In this document: in pieces, positions 52,601 to 62,556 of the stretch
Numbering within the stretch: the stretch's first letter is position 1
Layout of the letters: each line of letters opens with the position of its first letter
NCBI GenBank assembly: GCA_051362555.1
Contig: CM120645.1
Coordinates: 10,106,001-10,170,000, forward strand
Source of the DNA: Lingula anatina
Lineage: Eukaryota > Animalia > Brachiopoda
Direction: 5' to 3'
Length of the DNA: 64,000 bases
Notes under the pieces: generated by a model
Seen by the model: the letters and a program-made list of their open reading frames with translations, nothing else
The model's database searches: none
Told to the model about the DNA's origin: nothing
Translations under genes and position numbers: made by a program

Positions 52601-54363
52601 TGTTCAAACCTTGCTAGTGCCCATATGAGGTTCTTCTGTCTAGCAACTTCTGACTCGGTCCTGTTCTCAACTACATCCCTATCCCTTGTGATCAGTGGCT
52701 GTGGTCCAACTCTCTTTCCAGCAATGTATACTTGAAGTTCCTGGTGTTCAGCTGACACAGAGCGTTGTTTCTGTTTTGGTATACTTGGAAGCATGGCTTT
52801 GGGCAAGTGTGGCCCATACATTTTGGGCTGAACAGCAATCCCATTCACTCTGTGAGATGTCCCTTTACCAGTGAGGGTCTCTTCTAATCTGTCTATGTTG
52901 TCCCAAGCCAGATTTGTGAACACATAAGGTTGAATGGCAGATGGAATAACTACTTGTTGGTTAGCAGCTGCGGCCAATTTTTGAAGACAGAGTGCTGTGT
53001 CATTTTCTTCCAATTGTGAATAAGAGATTCCGTGCCCAAGCCTGTTAAGGGTTTGGATGATCTCAACATTTCCAGTTAATGTTTTAACTGCATATGGTAA
53101 GAGGACATGTTTTGGGGGTTTCTGTCGTCCGCCTGTTACTGCATAGATGATGTCCTGACTAAAAGACTGGATCAAGGTTTTGATTCTTTGTGTTGGCTTT
53201 TTGTTCTCTGGGTTCCCAGTTAGTAAACCTAGAAAAAACCTGGAAAGATATTCTGGAACTAAGAATGAATCCTGTGCAGTATCAGATGGATGACATGGCC
53301 AGGGCGTAGGCTGCAGGTTTTGTTTTATTGAAGATCGAATGTTGTGAGAAGCCTGGTCAATAATTTTACTTATATTTGAAGATTTTGTTGTCCAGAATTT
53401 CAGCTTGTTCTGTAAATTTTGATTTTCTATTGCCAAATCTTGTATCTGGAGACTATTTGGAATACCGACTAGTCGTCCCCTTTCATCTTGGTAAATATGA
53501 AAAATGCCTCCAAGCTCTGATTCTATTCTCCTCCGTAAGTGCTTTTTTGTAGAGGGTTTCAGGATTGTTGCACCCTTGGACGTCATCAGAGATTCCAGCT
53601 TAGTTGACAGTGAAATAAGAGTTACAATTTGTTTTTCTGGAATAACTGTGGACCTAATGTATTCATACAGTTCTGAGTAAGCCTCTGTCTCAATCACATC
53701 ATATGATATATCAGCATCTGTTTGTTTTTCATTTTCTGGACCGCTCTCCTCCCCTTTCTGTTCCTGGATTTTCTGATTTACTTTGGTATATGCTCTGTAG
53801 CATGAATGATGATAGTGAGCCTCTGCAGCGACAATATCTCTGCTTGTTACTGCTAATATCTTCTCATCTCTGTTCCTGGTCGCACATTCCCTTAATCTCT
53901 CATCCACTCTTAATTGTGTTGCCTTTATCAGTTTTTCACGAGTCTTTGATCCTTTTATGTACTTACTCTTTTCACAGAATATGCAAATGGTTTCATAGAC
54001 CCTTGATTCATGTGAAGAAGACCTTCTTGGTAATTTCTTTGCAGTGTCACTTTCTTCATCATAGTCACCTTTGTTAATTGTTTTTCTTCGTTTCAGTGTT
54101 TCCAGATCTTTTTTCATAGTAAAGATGCATCGACATTTTCTATGATAATATATATCAGGAATTTCTTTTTCTTTTAAATTCTTGGCAATGTCTAAAAGAG
54201 GGACATGGTTCCTTACTTCAGCTGCTTTAAGTAAAGAGCACCAAGACTCGTAACTGTTGGGCTTGACTAAGCGATCACTTTCATCATCTTCATCAGTGCT
54301 TGTGCTTGTTGGTTGATGTATAATACAAATTGGAGACAAATGGTGGCGTTCTGTTTTTTCCAT
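49639..54363 (-). CDS. AcademX transposase (1574 aa): DDE-type core + XPG/FEN1-like nuclease + Cys8 zinc finger
   Basis: LAWDNID, VMDQAL, RLGVFH and DQATEVTVN motifs; IVDGM, VVFDTY, EEADGR, SDDTD and GCDTVSAFAGKGK (XPG/H3TH); C-terminal CTCSRECAPPNCPCMANGLQCTDMCRNNNC; no stops. Confidence 0.93.
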   Translation of the reverse strand: MEKTERHHLSPICIIHQPTSTSTDEDDESDRLVKPNSYESWCSLLKAAEVRNHVPLLDIAKNLKEKEIPDIYYHRKCRCIFTMKKDLETLKRRKTINKGDYDEESDTAKKLPRRSSSHESRVYETICIFCEKSKYIKGSKTREKLIKATQLRVDERLRECATRNRDEKILAVTSRDIVAAEAHYHHSCYRAYTKVNQKIQEQKGEESGPENEKQTDADISYDVIETEAYSELYEYIRSTVIPEKQIVTLISLSTKLESLMTSKGATILKPSTKKHLRRRIESELGGIFHIYQDERGRLVGIPNSLQIQDLAIENQNLQNKLKFWTTKSSNISKIIDQASHNIRSSIKQNLQPTPWPCHPSDTAQDSFLVPEYLSRFFLGLLTGNPENKKPTQRIKTLIQSFSQDIIYAVTGGRQKPPKHVLLPYAVKTLTGNVEIIQTLNRLGHGISYSQLEENDTALCLQKLAAAANQQVVIPSAIQPYVFTNLAWDNIDRLEETLTGKGTSHRVNGIAVQPKMYGPHLPKAMLPSIPKQKQRSVSAEHQELQVYIAGKRVGPQPLITRDRDVVENRTESEVARQKNLIWALARFEQREKQSVPSWTGFNIACRDLEPITNDNIGYLPTINAPATEISTVFEIMNQSELIRRELMLPNIVVVMDQALFAKAAEIMWKQKQKYENIVLRLGVFHTICNVMSIIGKRFQDAGLRDICIESGIVAEGSVNGVMDGKMYNRAVRVHKYIYEAFMRLAWEEFLLWIEQHPIDNLNLNTVWDQVNDLANDLSQTSFETLLQSPVLLALHNHWNSFLQHLRLRNGQLSAFWMSYVDIVEDVLLGLLRASREGNWELHLRAIKSMIPWCFAYDKLNYARYLPAYYAKMSNLPEEKPDVYEAFMSGYFSVQMSSTNPFGRLPVDQATEVTVNKDTQTPGGTTRFSLKSGAVKRYYITAEHRSAFLGQLRDMVQISRMECHSDFQESRLTKDEEAVSEVVSLLRSWVNPFSSSQSLISISTAKAATPDIASDLLKAFEYGEDKYKKFIKQRLEHDPPEEQFYDPLKRLNLKTFSNLNKKKPVSSNGRTIVLKADRSLFGRIIIMAQARHIQMSDILTHPLGPLPWALSTPEGSLRKTNKASLVPALQKNVPEVEQLQIPKHSATIVDGMGLVQRIRDPATFGDVSRAVFNMAMNEGGQSRRIDVVFDTYREMSIKNSERSLRGEDAGQRLEGVITASQIVRKWRSFLSHVYNKSHLIAFITNEWQKTEYTQKLQEKTLYVTNNDKCCRITRDGSQEVAALQCSQEEADGRLVLHAAHASAQGYTAVFIRSDDTDVFIMCLAFHERIRAQVFQVHGNRNRRKILDIRKIGETVGGGVCQSLIGLHAYTGCDTVSAFAGKGKLAALRMLRKNKDVQATFTSLGQEWDLAPGLMEGLEAFTCQMYGSNDCALQVNTLRYHLFCAKKGEIESHQLPPCKDCLSKHALRANYQAAIWKRCLENDPDIPSPVDRGWKIIEEDSKQRLVIDWMDGQPAPQAVLDLLACTCSRECAPPNCPCMANGLQCTDMCRNNNCENMARQSIEEWDSDNETEVDDLD

Positions 54364-54999
54364 GGCACCTGAGAACTGTTAGGTAAAATGTAAGCAGTGA
54401 GTGAAAAAAAAGAGAGAAAAAACAGTTGTTTAAATAAAATCTGTAAATTTTGATCTTTTTATCGGTCTGTTATTTGATATCTCAGTTGAAATGTATTGTA
54501 GGAATCCAATTTATCAGATAAACTAATTAATGTTTCAACATTAAAGATCACGCTATAAATGAATATGCTGTACATACCTTTTCATTTCATATAGCCTTTC
54601 TTCAGATATGTCCACCCTCCAAGAGTTGAGTCTACTACTGCTATGCAGGGAAGAGTATACTTCACTTCTCCCAGAGTTAAATTCCAAATGAACCGTTTCT
54701 TATTATATAACGGTCTGTGGGGCTCTCACTTCAGTGTCAAAGTGTTAATGACCGTAACATGCATCAAAGTGAATTTTACTGAAGATGTTTACCAAATAAT
54801 TGATGATACATCACATTTGTCTTTACATTAAGGAATTTGCAGACACCAGTATATATTTATTTGCCTTTGCTTGGCTGAATTTATTTCAGCATAAAAGGGT
54901 GTTAATCATGCGAAATTATTTTAAATTAAGACAAAAAAGTGTTTTTATTGCAATTCATTTTCAAATGTATATTTTGGCAATAAAGAAGTAGAATTTATT

Positions 55000-55800
55000 G
55001 ATGAACCTATTACCATATTGAAATTGTGAACAGTTTCTCACCCCTACCCCCATATTTGAGAAATGGCTAATTTTCACTATGCTTGCACATCCAACCCCAC
55101 AATTTCCCTAATAATGATAAGAAACATCCCATAATCATTCTAATACCTCTTCTTTACCTAATGTAGTGGAATAATAGCTTAAAACCCATTTCTGTGGTTC
55201 AATGGAATTTTATTGGAAACTTTCATGTTCACTTTTACAAAAAATTACCAAAATTTGACCTCATTTGACCTTTGCGCCATTATCAATGACCCATGGCTAA
55301 TTGTCATGCTTGAGTGAGATCAGCAGTTGATTGCACTATCCCTCGCCTACATAATGATATATAATTTATTGATGTACCTGTTACCATATTGAAATAGTGA
55401 GCATTTTCTCACCCCTACCCCCATATTTGAAAAATTGCCTAATTTCACCATGCTTGCACATCCAACCCCACAATTTCCCCAATAATGATAAGAAACATCC
55501 CATAATCATTCTAATACCTCTTTTTTGCCTAATTTGTTGAAATTATAGCTTAAACCCCATTTCTGTGATTCAATGGAATTTTATTGGAAACTTTCATGTT
55601 CACTTTTACCAAAAATTACCAAAATTTGACCTCATTTGACCTTTGCGCCATTATCAATGACCCATGACTAATTGTCATGCTTGAGTGAGATCAGCAGTTG
55701 ATTGCACTATCCCTTGCCTACATAATGATATATAATTTATTGATGTACCTGTTACCATATTGATATTGTGAGAATTTTCTTTCCCCTACCCCCATCTGAA
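55000..55800 (-). repeat. 371-bp tandem repeats in the right TIR of the Academ element (about 2.1 units)
   Basis: CCCCTACCCCCAT at 55041, 55412 and 55783; reverse complement of the left array. Confidence 0.9.
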
Positions 55801-56447
55801 AAAAAGCCCTTGCTACAGGAGGGGCGGGGTTATATATTGTGTGATAGATCATAAAAAGCTACCAAATTGAGAAGGCTATCACACATATTTGGACACTAGA
55901 GACATAGGCCTTACTAAAAATCACTATGAAAATTTGGCCCTTTTTTGGTACCGATAGGTGAAAATCATGGGCTTGGCTCATGGACTATATGTTAAAACAT
56001 GTATTTTGCATTTAATCATACTTCATCAATGTGAATATTGCAGGCATTTGTACCTACATATAACTATGACATTAGTTAAAAGTACAATTATGGTTCTTTT
56101 TACTATATGTAGTACAAGTACAGAAGGCCCCATTGGGGGGTGGTCACTGTTCACAGGAAATAAAATCATTCACAAATCACAGTAAATGAGACTTTCTTTG
56201 CATCTCATCGAAAATGCAGGAAATGTGACCTGAAAATCCCAAATCACCCAGTATAATGACTTCATTTCATGAATAATGAAGAATGAAAAGCTGTATTCAC
56301 AAGTTACGGAAAGGGGGTTCTTCATAGATTACACTGAATAATATGAGGGTTTCACCTCATGAAATATGAAGTGGCTTACTGGGTAATGCAAATACCCAAT
56401 GGAACCCTTAATTCAGTGCACACTGTGTATATGTCGCAATTCACTAA

Positions 56448-56662
56448 GGGCGTATTCCCATAGATTTTAGAAAGATCTATCCCCGTGGGGAGTCTCACTA
56501 GATTACTGTCAGATAATCCAGCTTAAATGTCCGTCCCGCCTACTACAAGCTGTAAGGGGGTAATTAACTTTCTTGCCCGCTCGGCTGACAGCTATTTAGC
56601 GTGAACCCTCTGGGAGTTAGGTCGATCTAGTTTGGATCGATCTAATCTCTGGGAATGGGGTC
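56448..56662 (+). mobile_element. AGATCGATCT-family MITE (PIF/Harbinger-like)
   Basis: GGGCGTATTCCCA...TGGGAATGGGGTC with TAA duplicated at 56445-56447 and 56663-56665. Confidence 0.8.
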
Positions 56663-57219
56663 TAAGTCTCAGCTAGAACAGTTACTGTAATACTATACAA
56701 AAGATCAAAATATGCCTGGCATACATTTTTGGTCTTAATACAGACTGGCTGTATTAATTGACTTTATCACCTAGCTACCTGGGTATAGCTTAGACAATAC
56801 CCTCTGCTGGTATTTCAGAAGAGCTATCACTTCTTAACTGTAAAATATACATATATATATACAAACCTGTTGTAGATGTAAAAATGCTCTGTACATAAAC
56901 TATAGTATCTTACAAAACACTCCTTTATAATATTTTCTAAATACCAGCAATTGATCTAATTTTACTTCTAAAATCAATGCCTTATTACAAAATTAATTAT
57001 ATACATGCATGGTTAAAAATTTTTTTCAAGAAAGCTGTTTGCACAAGTACTAGTATATACAATTCAAAATAAAAATACAAAAAAGAAAAACAGGTACATT
57101 TTATCTATTACACGTTTGATTTTCTGTAAGATTGGTCCAAATTTTTGTTCTTTTTGCTACATACTTTTGTATATTTTAACCCCTGCAAAAAACTCAGTCA
57201 AGTACTACAGCATGTGTCT

Positions 57220-57498
57220 CTAAAGGTCGACCAGTACAATCTCTGCCCAATCCAACTCTTCAGGTGTATTACCATATTTGTCCATGACTATTTTAACATG
57301 AAATGTGACCCCAGATTTCACTACCCTCATCTTGTCCTGGTCCAAGTCATGGATACTGTTAATGGCGTAGTTGATGGTGCTGATGTATGCTTTGATGACT
57401 TCATCTTGCTGGAACTGTGACGGCAACTTAATTGGATTTCCCTTATATTTTTCTGCACAAAACGTAAGGGTGTAGTGTCTGTTCACAACTTTCTCAGC
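57220..57498 (-). CDS. Terminal exon of the metacaspase-like gene (unrecognised C-terminal domain)
   Basis: (t)n-cag|GCT GAG AAA GTT...GAC CTT TAG; phase 0 matches the upstream donor. Confidence 0.8.
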   Translation of the reverse strand, partial: AEKVVNRHYTLTFCAEKYKGNPIKLPSQFQQDEVIKAYISTINYAINSIHDLDQDKMRVVKSGVTFHVKIVMDKYGNTPEELDWAEIVLVDL

Positions 57499-57749
57499 CT
57501 GAAAAAAAAAAAAAGGTAAAGTTGGCAGTCTGAATGTTACATGAGACTACATATACATTCACATCTCTTTGGTTTGAGTAAACCTATAGTTGATCCCACC
57601 TTCCCTCTCGTCACATGCCCAAACTAAGTCCTTCATTAGGCCAGCTACAGGATGACCAGTCTTCCAAACAAACAAGGACTGAATCAGAATTGGTTGCAGG
57701 CAACTTCCAATCTTAGTTGGGATGTACATAAGTCCTTAATTACATGTAC

Positions 57750-58009
57750 CTTGAAAACTAAGTCTTCTTTTCCTGTAGTTACTGTTACTAGGTGATCCAA
57801 CAATTCAATCAGCTTTCCCCTGTCAATGTGCAGAAGCACTATGGGCCCTGACAGAAGTTTGAAGTTGGTCTGTGCCGTCCTCAGGCAACAGTGCAAGGGA
57901 AAGTTACGGTCCAAAGACTGCTGAAGTTCCTTATCATCATCAATCTCTTTATGAAGTGCTTCTTCCATCAAACAGAGCTGTTCTCCCGTTACACTTGAGG
58001 GAAATAGCC
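57750..58009 (-). CDS. Penultimate exon of the metacaspase-like gene
   Basis: ttgcag|GG CTA TTT...TTC AAG|gtacat; 260 nt, phase 1 to 0, open. Confidence 0.8.
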
Positions 58010-58362
58010 CTGCAACAACAACAACATATTTAAACTAATTTCACTTAAAACCAACTGTTGTTTATGTAACATAAATTTGTTAACATATGGGAAAGTTTGC
58101 CATATAAATTTATGTCATACTAGTACAAATAGCTTTTAAATAACAAATAATGCTCTTTTCATATGCTACCCTCTGACATCGGGAGACTCTAAATTGATAT
58201 ACAAATTAAATTAAATTATAAGCAAGACAATAATTTTGTAACAGACAGACAACTAGAACACTTGACAACCCCTTTAGTTAAATATAATGCTAATAATAAA
58301 CACTGGCTGCTACATCTTACCCCCAGGATACATCTAAATTAATGGGATATCAACTCTTCATA

Positions 58363-58702
58363 CACTAGTGGGCTAGATTTGGTCTTAAAGTGCAATTTAA
58401 GTTCACAAGTGATCTTACACGATCTTAATCATTACAGCAGTAGTCTTAAAATGAACTGAATCTGCTTTTAAGATCAAAAATGATCTAACATCTACTTAAG
58501 TGGTCAAGTAGTTTCCTCCCTTCACAATGGGGGATACCTCCCCTCACAATAGAGGACACCTCTGATCACAATAGGAGAATGTGTAAGAGGAGACAACTTA
58601 ATTGGCTGTTAGACCAGAAATGGTCTTACTCTTGTTTTAAGATCGTGTAAGACTATTTGTGTACTTAAATTGCACTTTAAGACCAAATCAAGCCCACTAG
58701 TG
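58363..58702. mobile_element. EnSpm/CACTA-type MITE
   Basis: CACTAGTGGGCT...AGCCCACTAGTG with ~40-bp TIRs; 3-bp TSD ATA at 58360-58362 and 58703-58705. Confidence 0.85.
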
Positions 58703-59074
58703 ATAGGAGATTCAAAATTCCATAATAGATATATTGGAACGACACACAGAAAAATATATAAAAATTCCATTTTAACCATCAATTTGAAAATGACATCATC
58801 GCAATTATTCTGAGATCTGTGCTTGCTCTCAGACCAAATGGTCCTTCAGAGATGGCTACCCTCTGTAATAATCTCTTAAAATCAAGGTTACTTCAAAAAC
58901 AACACTAAAGAAACAATTGACAAACTTTGAATGTCAGAAAGGATTCATTTACCACTGGAACATATGAGAAAGTGCCACTTTCCCCAGGTATATCTGGTTC
59001 CCCATCAAAACGAAGAGTTGTCATCCCTTATTAGTAGTTTATCAAAAGCAACATTACTGAATAAAATGACAAAC

Positions 59075-60024
59075 CTTTTTCTTTCACTTCTCCAGCTATA
59101 TAATCTTTAATGGCTGACAGCTTTGCTTCTACTTGGTCTGTCAGTTTTATGACCAGTGTTTCTTTGGGGGTAAAAACCACTACTTCCTGACACAAGTGCC
59201 TCTTGTTGTAATATGCTATTTTCATAGGGCGTCTCTCACTAAGAGTGTTCATTGGTTGTTGGATTTTGTAATTAGCCAATTCTTTCTTGACATGTTCAAA
59301 CACATAGCTATGCAGGATTTCACGTGAAATGTATCCCTTCACTAGTGCTTCTTCTTGCAATTTTTTACATAAGTTGCATTGGTCAGTGGTGTCCTGAAGG
59401 CCACATTTGTGGCCACTTTTCAGCCCATTCACCATGTGTTTTGTGAAAACACTTAGTTCATATTTGGGATCTCCTTGAGATTTCTGATTCTCTGCACAGG
59501 ACCACCATTCATAATGGCAAAAGTTGTCAGATTCACGAGGATTGGGGCCTTTGTCAAAATACCTTTCAGTAAGTGTGTTGGGTGACCTGCTGCCAGCTGA
59601 ATCACCATCTGGATCAGTTTCTAAGTCTTTGGTTTTTGTTGGCGATTCTTCAATGCCTTTGCCAACCATCTGTGAGCTTTCATCTTTTCTTTGTGAATCT
59701 GGTGGTCTCTGAGTGGAACTTGTTTTCCCCTTTTCAAATAAGTTATTAGAAGCTGCAAAGCAACAATCCAAAATAATTAGTTTCTCTGAAGCATTAAGGT
59801 CCTCAAACATTTTCTGCAATTCCCCTTTGGTGATTTGAAATGACCCATCTCCTGGTAGATCCAAACCTTCCTTAGTTCCATGGCCTGAGTAAAAGAACAC
59901 AAAAGTGACTTCTGGAAGCCCTGATGTCTTTTCCTTAATTTTGTTTATATGATCTTCAATTTTCTGCTTAACGTTTTCACTTTCCCTTTTTTCGTCACAC
60001 AATATCATGTACACCTGGCTCTCC
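59075..60024 (-). CDS. Main exon of a caspase-fold (peptidase C14, metacaspase/prokaryotic-like) protease
   Basis: VTFVFFYSGHG (catalytic His), KLIILDCCFAA (catalytic Cys), low-complexity linker, then p10-like WWSCAENQKS...SVFTKHMVNGL; acceptor caacag|G and donor G|gtttgt. Confidence 0.88.
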
Positions 60025-60490
60025 CTGTTGAAAAAAATACTATTAATCTTTTACAAAATATCATTATAATTATTATGCTTTATAACTCTATCATTATCAT
60101 TTATAGTTATAGTAATTATTGTTACATTTTTACAGTATATAGGTTGTTTAGTTGAATTAAAACCATGCTATGCAAAGAACAGAAACTTGACATACTCAAG
60201 CTTATGCTAGGTACATGTATAGATACTGTTAGCTATTGCAGTGACAAACATACATGACATTTAACTTTACTCCATGTAATTTAGTGGGTATTATGAAATA
60301 TTTGCAGGCATTCATTTTATTTTTATTAATATATGACTGTCAAAACAGCAATTACTTTAGTAAGTAATAATAAATCAAATCAATTTTAGAGATGCTAGTC
60401 GAAACTGAAATCAAAATTTTAAAACGGCATTTAGCCAAAATGTCTACACTCACTTAAGCAAGACTGACTTTAGTACTATTACATAAATAC

Positions 60491-60611
60491 CTGAAACCCA
60501 TAATGTTGTGATTAATAAGAACTCTTTTGAACTCTAGGACATCATTTTGATATATTTCAGGATTCTTTTCATCAAACCCACCAACTAGTACAGCAAAACT
60601 GTTATCATGCC
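60491..60611 (-). CDS. Exon encoding the first strand/helix of the caspase-fold domain (not in the ORF track)
   Basis: ttttag|GG CAT GAT...TTC AG|gtattt encodes NSFAVLVGGFDEKNPEIYQNDVLEFKRVLINHNIMGFR, matching the C14 pattern ALLIG...ND...L...GF; phase 1 to 2 fits both neighbours. Confidence 0.85.
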
Positions 60612-60857
60612 CTAAAATACAGAAATCAAATATGCTTCAGATTTAAATACACTGGGGAAAAAAAAAGACATTGTTTTTTTTAAACTGATTTTAAAATAAA
60701 CATATGAACTAAAGTTAATATTATAGCCAAATATCGATGGATGTGGCACCCAACAATTATTACTTTGAAATTTTCCAAGGAAATGAATTCTGTGGTTTGA
60801 GCAAGTCTTGACAATAAACAGTGGCTGTTTCACAAGATATATATAGTACTCAATGAG

Positions 60858-61070
60858 TCCATTCCCACAGATTTAGATCTATCCATCTAGATCGATCTAA
60901 CTCACTGGGGGGTTCACGCTAAATTGCTGTCAGTTGAGTGCACACGGTAGTTAATTACCCCCTTAGAGCTTTTAGTAGGCGGGACAGACATTTAAGCCGG
61001 CTAAGCTGACAGTAATCTAGTGAGACTACCCACAGGGATAGATCCAGCTAAAATCTGTGGGATTGGGGTC
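60858..61070 (-). mobile_element. AGATCGATCT-family MITE, inverted copy in an intron
   Basis: Reverse complement of 56448-56662. Confidence 0.75.
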
Positions 61071-61461
61071 TATTTTAAGTATATTGTATACCCCCCCCAA
61101 AACGGTGCATACCATTTGCAAAAATAAGGATTTTTTAATGTCTTTTTACTGTTTATTGCCAAGACTTGCTCAAACTGCAAACTATTAACATCATTGCTCC
61201 ATTTGCATGATTTGTGAAAATGAAATTTCACGTCATATTGTCACAGAAATGACAAAGGCAATAAAGATTTTGACTGTCAAGGAAATGACAAAATATAAGC
61301 AAGTCTTGACAATAAACAGTGGAGGCTTCACATGATTCTGATGTTGAGTGTATATTAGATAAAAGTGCATAGTGGTCAGAGCATCACTAAAATGATCCTG
61401 TTTCTCCTCACTTTAAAATATTAAATGCTTTAATAAAAGAGATTCATTGTCTGTTGACTAA

Positions 61462-61753
61462 GGCCTAACTAAAAACAGAAGATCCAAGGATCTACAGATT
61501 CACAGATCCAATATAGCAGACCCTACATGAAAGAAGAGTCAATTAATCTGCTAATGGTCTCCCAGCCTCCCAATGCACCATAACATGGACTAAATCACAG
61601 CTCCAAGGTGTAATTGCTAGACCCTACCCCTGCAAGGATGACACATGGAGGTGGAAAGATCATCAGCAGGTTAATCTGCTCTTCTTTTGTGTAGGGTCCG
61701 CGATATCTGATCCGTTGATCTGTAAATCCTCGGATCTTCTGTTCTAAATGGCC
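61462..61753. mobile_element. Small MITE with GGCC ends
   Basis: AACAGAAGATCCAAGGATCTACAGAT near the left end is inverted as ATCTGTAAATCCTCGGATCTTCTGTT near the right end. Confidence 0.6.
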
Positions 61754-61799
61754 TATAAGACCAGATACAAGTAACAGATATAAACTATTAATTCCTCAC

Positions 61800-62006
61800 C
61801 AATTGGTGGCTGAGTACGGCCATGGGTTGGACAGTACAGAGGGTTGCGATAGTGATCCGTTAGGCAGCCTTGACAAAATATCGCACATTTTTCTTTTTTG
61901 ATTGGCTTGCTGCAGTTGATTCTTGGATGTAAATTCTCGGCTAAATTAAAATTAGCACAAACAACATTAATATCTCTTTGACCTACATGTAAATTAATCA
62001 CTCTAA
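61800..62006 (-). CDS. Exon with a degenerate RING-like Cys/His motif upstream of the caspase domain
   Basis: CAIFCQGCLTDHYRNPLYCPTH resembles the RING C-terminal half (CxxFCxxCL...CPx[C/H]); donor G|gtgagg is phase 1; acceptor is at 62006 or 61982. Confidence 0.6.
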
Positions 62007-62317
62007 CTTGAAAAAATACTATAAAGAACAAATGCAGTATCAAATTATGTTTAAAACTGGTTGCTGTAGTCCATGTTTATTGTAATGCCCCTCTGTCAAA
62101 AGAAATGTACTTCCACCAGCAGTGTAGCAGTTATCAATGAAAAACACTGAGTAGTGCGAAATTATTACAAGCAACATGCAATTATTGCAAAGGGGTTGGT
62201 CAAAAGCAAAGTTAAAACTTAGATATCCAAACAGTTCTCAATACTAACAGCATGGTACGAATCTCATAATGCTGACAGTTTTATGGTCTTACCATAAAGT
62301 TCACCAAAAAAAAAAAA

Positions 62318-62351
<34 letters not shown>

Positions 62352-62556
62352 TGATAATAAAATAAAATAAATAATAAAATAAAATAAATAAAAAAATATA
62401 TATGGAACAGTAAAACAAATGCTTCAGTTAAGTAAAATTTGACAATAGTGGTACATGTAGATTCTTTTTTTTTCTTTCTGTATGCAACATTGAAATATCA
62501 TTGCTGCCAATTTCTTATACAGGCCAACCCAACTACCAGACTACTAATTTGTTTTC

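Larger units (their letters stand above)
48108..55987 (-). mobile_element. Full-length AcademX DNA transposon (7880 bp)
   Basis: Termini TAGTCCATGAGCC / GGCTCATGGACTA; 3-bp TSD TAT at 48105-48107 and 55988-55990; ~1-kb TIRs; one long ORF with DDE, XPG and Cys8 domains. Confidence 0.92.

Noticed and set aside
49653-54077. Short antisense or alternate-frame ORFs within the Academ ORF (and similarly within the LINE and Penelope ORFs)
   Set aside because: Shadow ORFs of long coding sequences with no independent support.
48133-55952. GGTACC as the termini of the large transposon
   Set aside because: No TSD at that position; the outer TAGTCCATGAGCC repeat with a TAT duplication fits Academ rules.
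58740-59030. Coding-like stretch after the main protease exon
   Set aside because: It would need a ~47-nt intron and contains in-frame stops; the 59075-to-58009 join is already phase-consistent.
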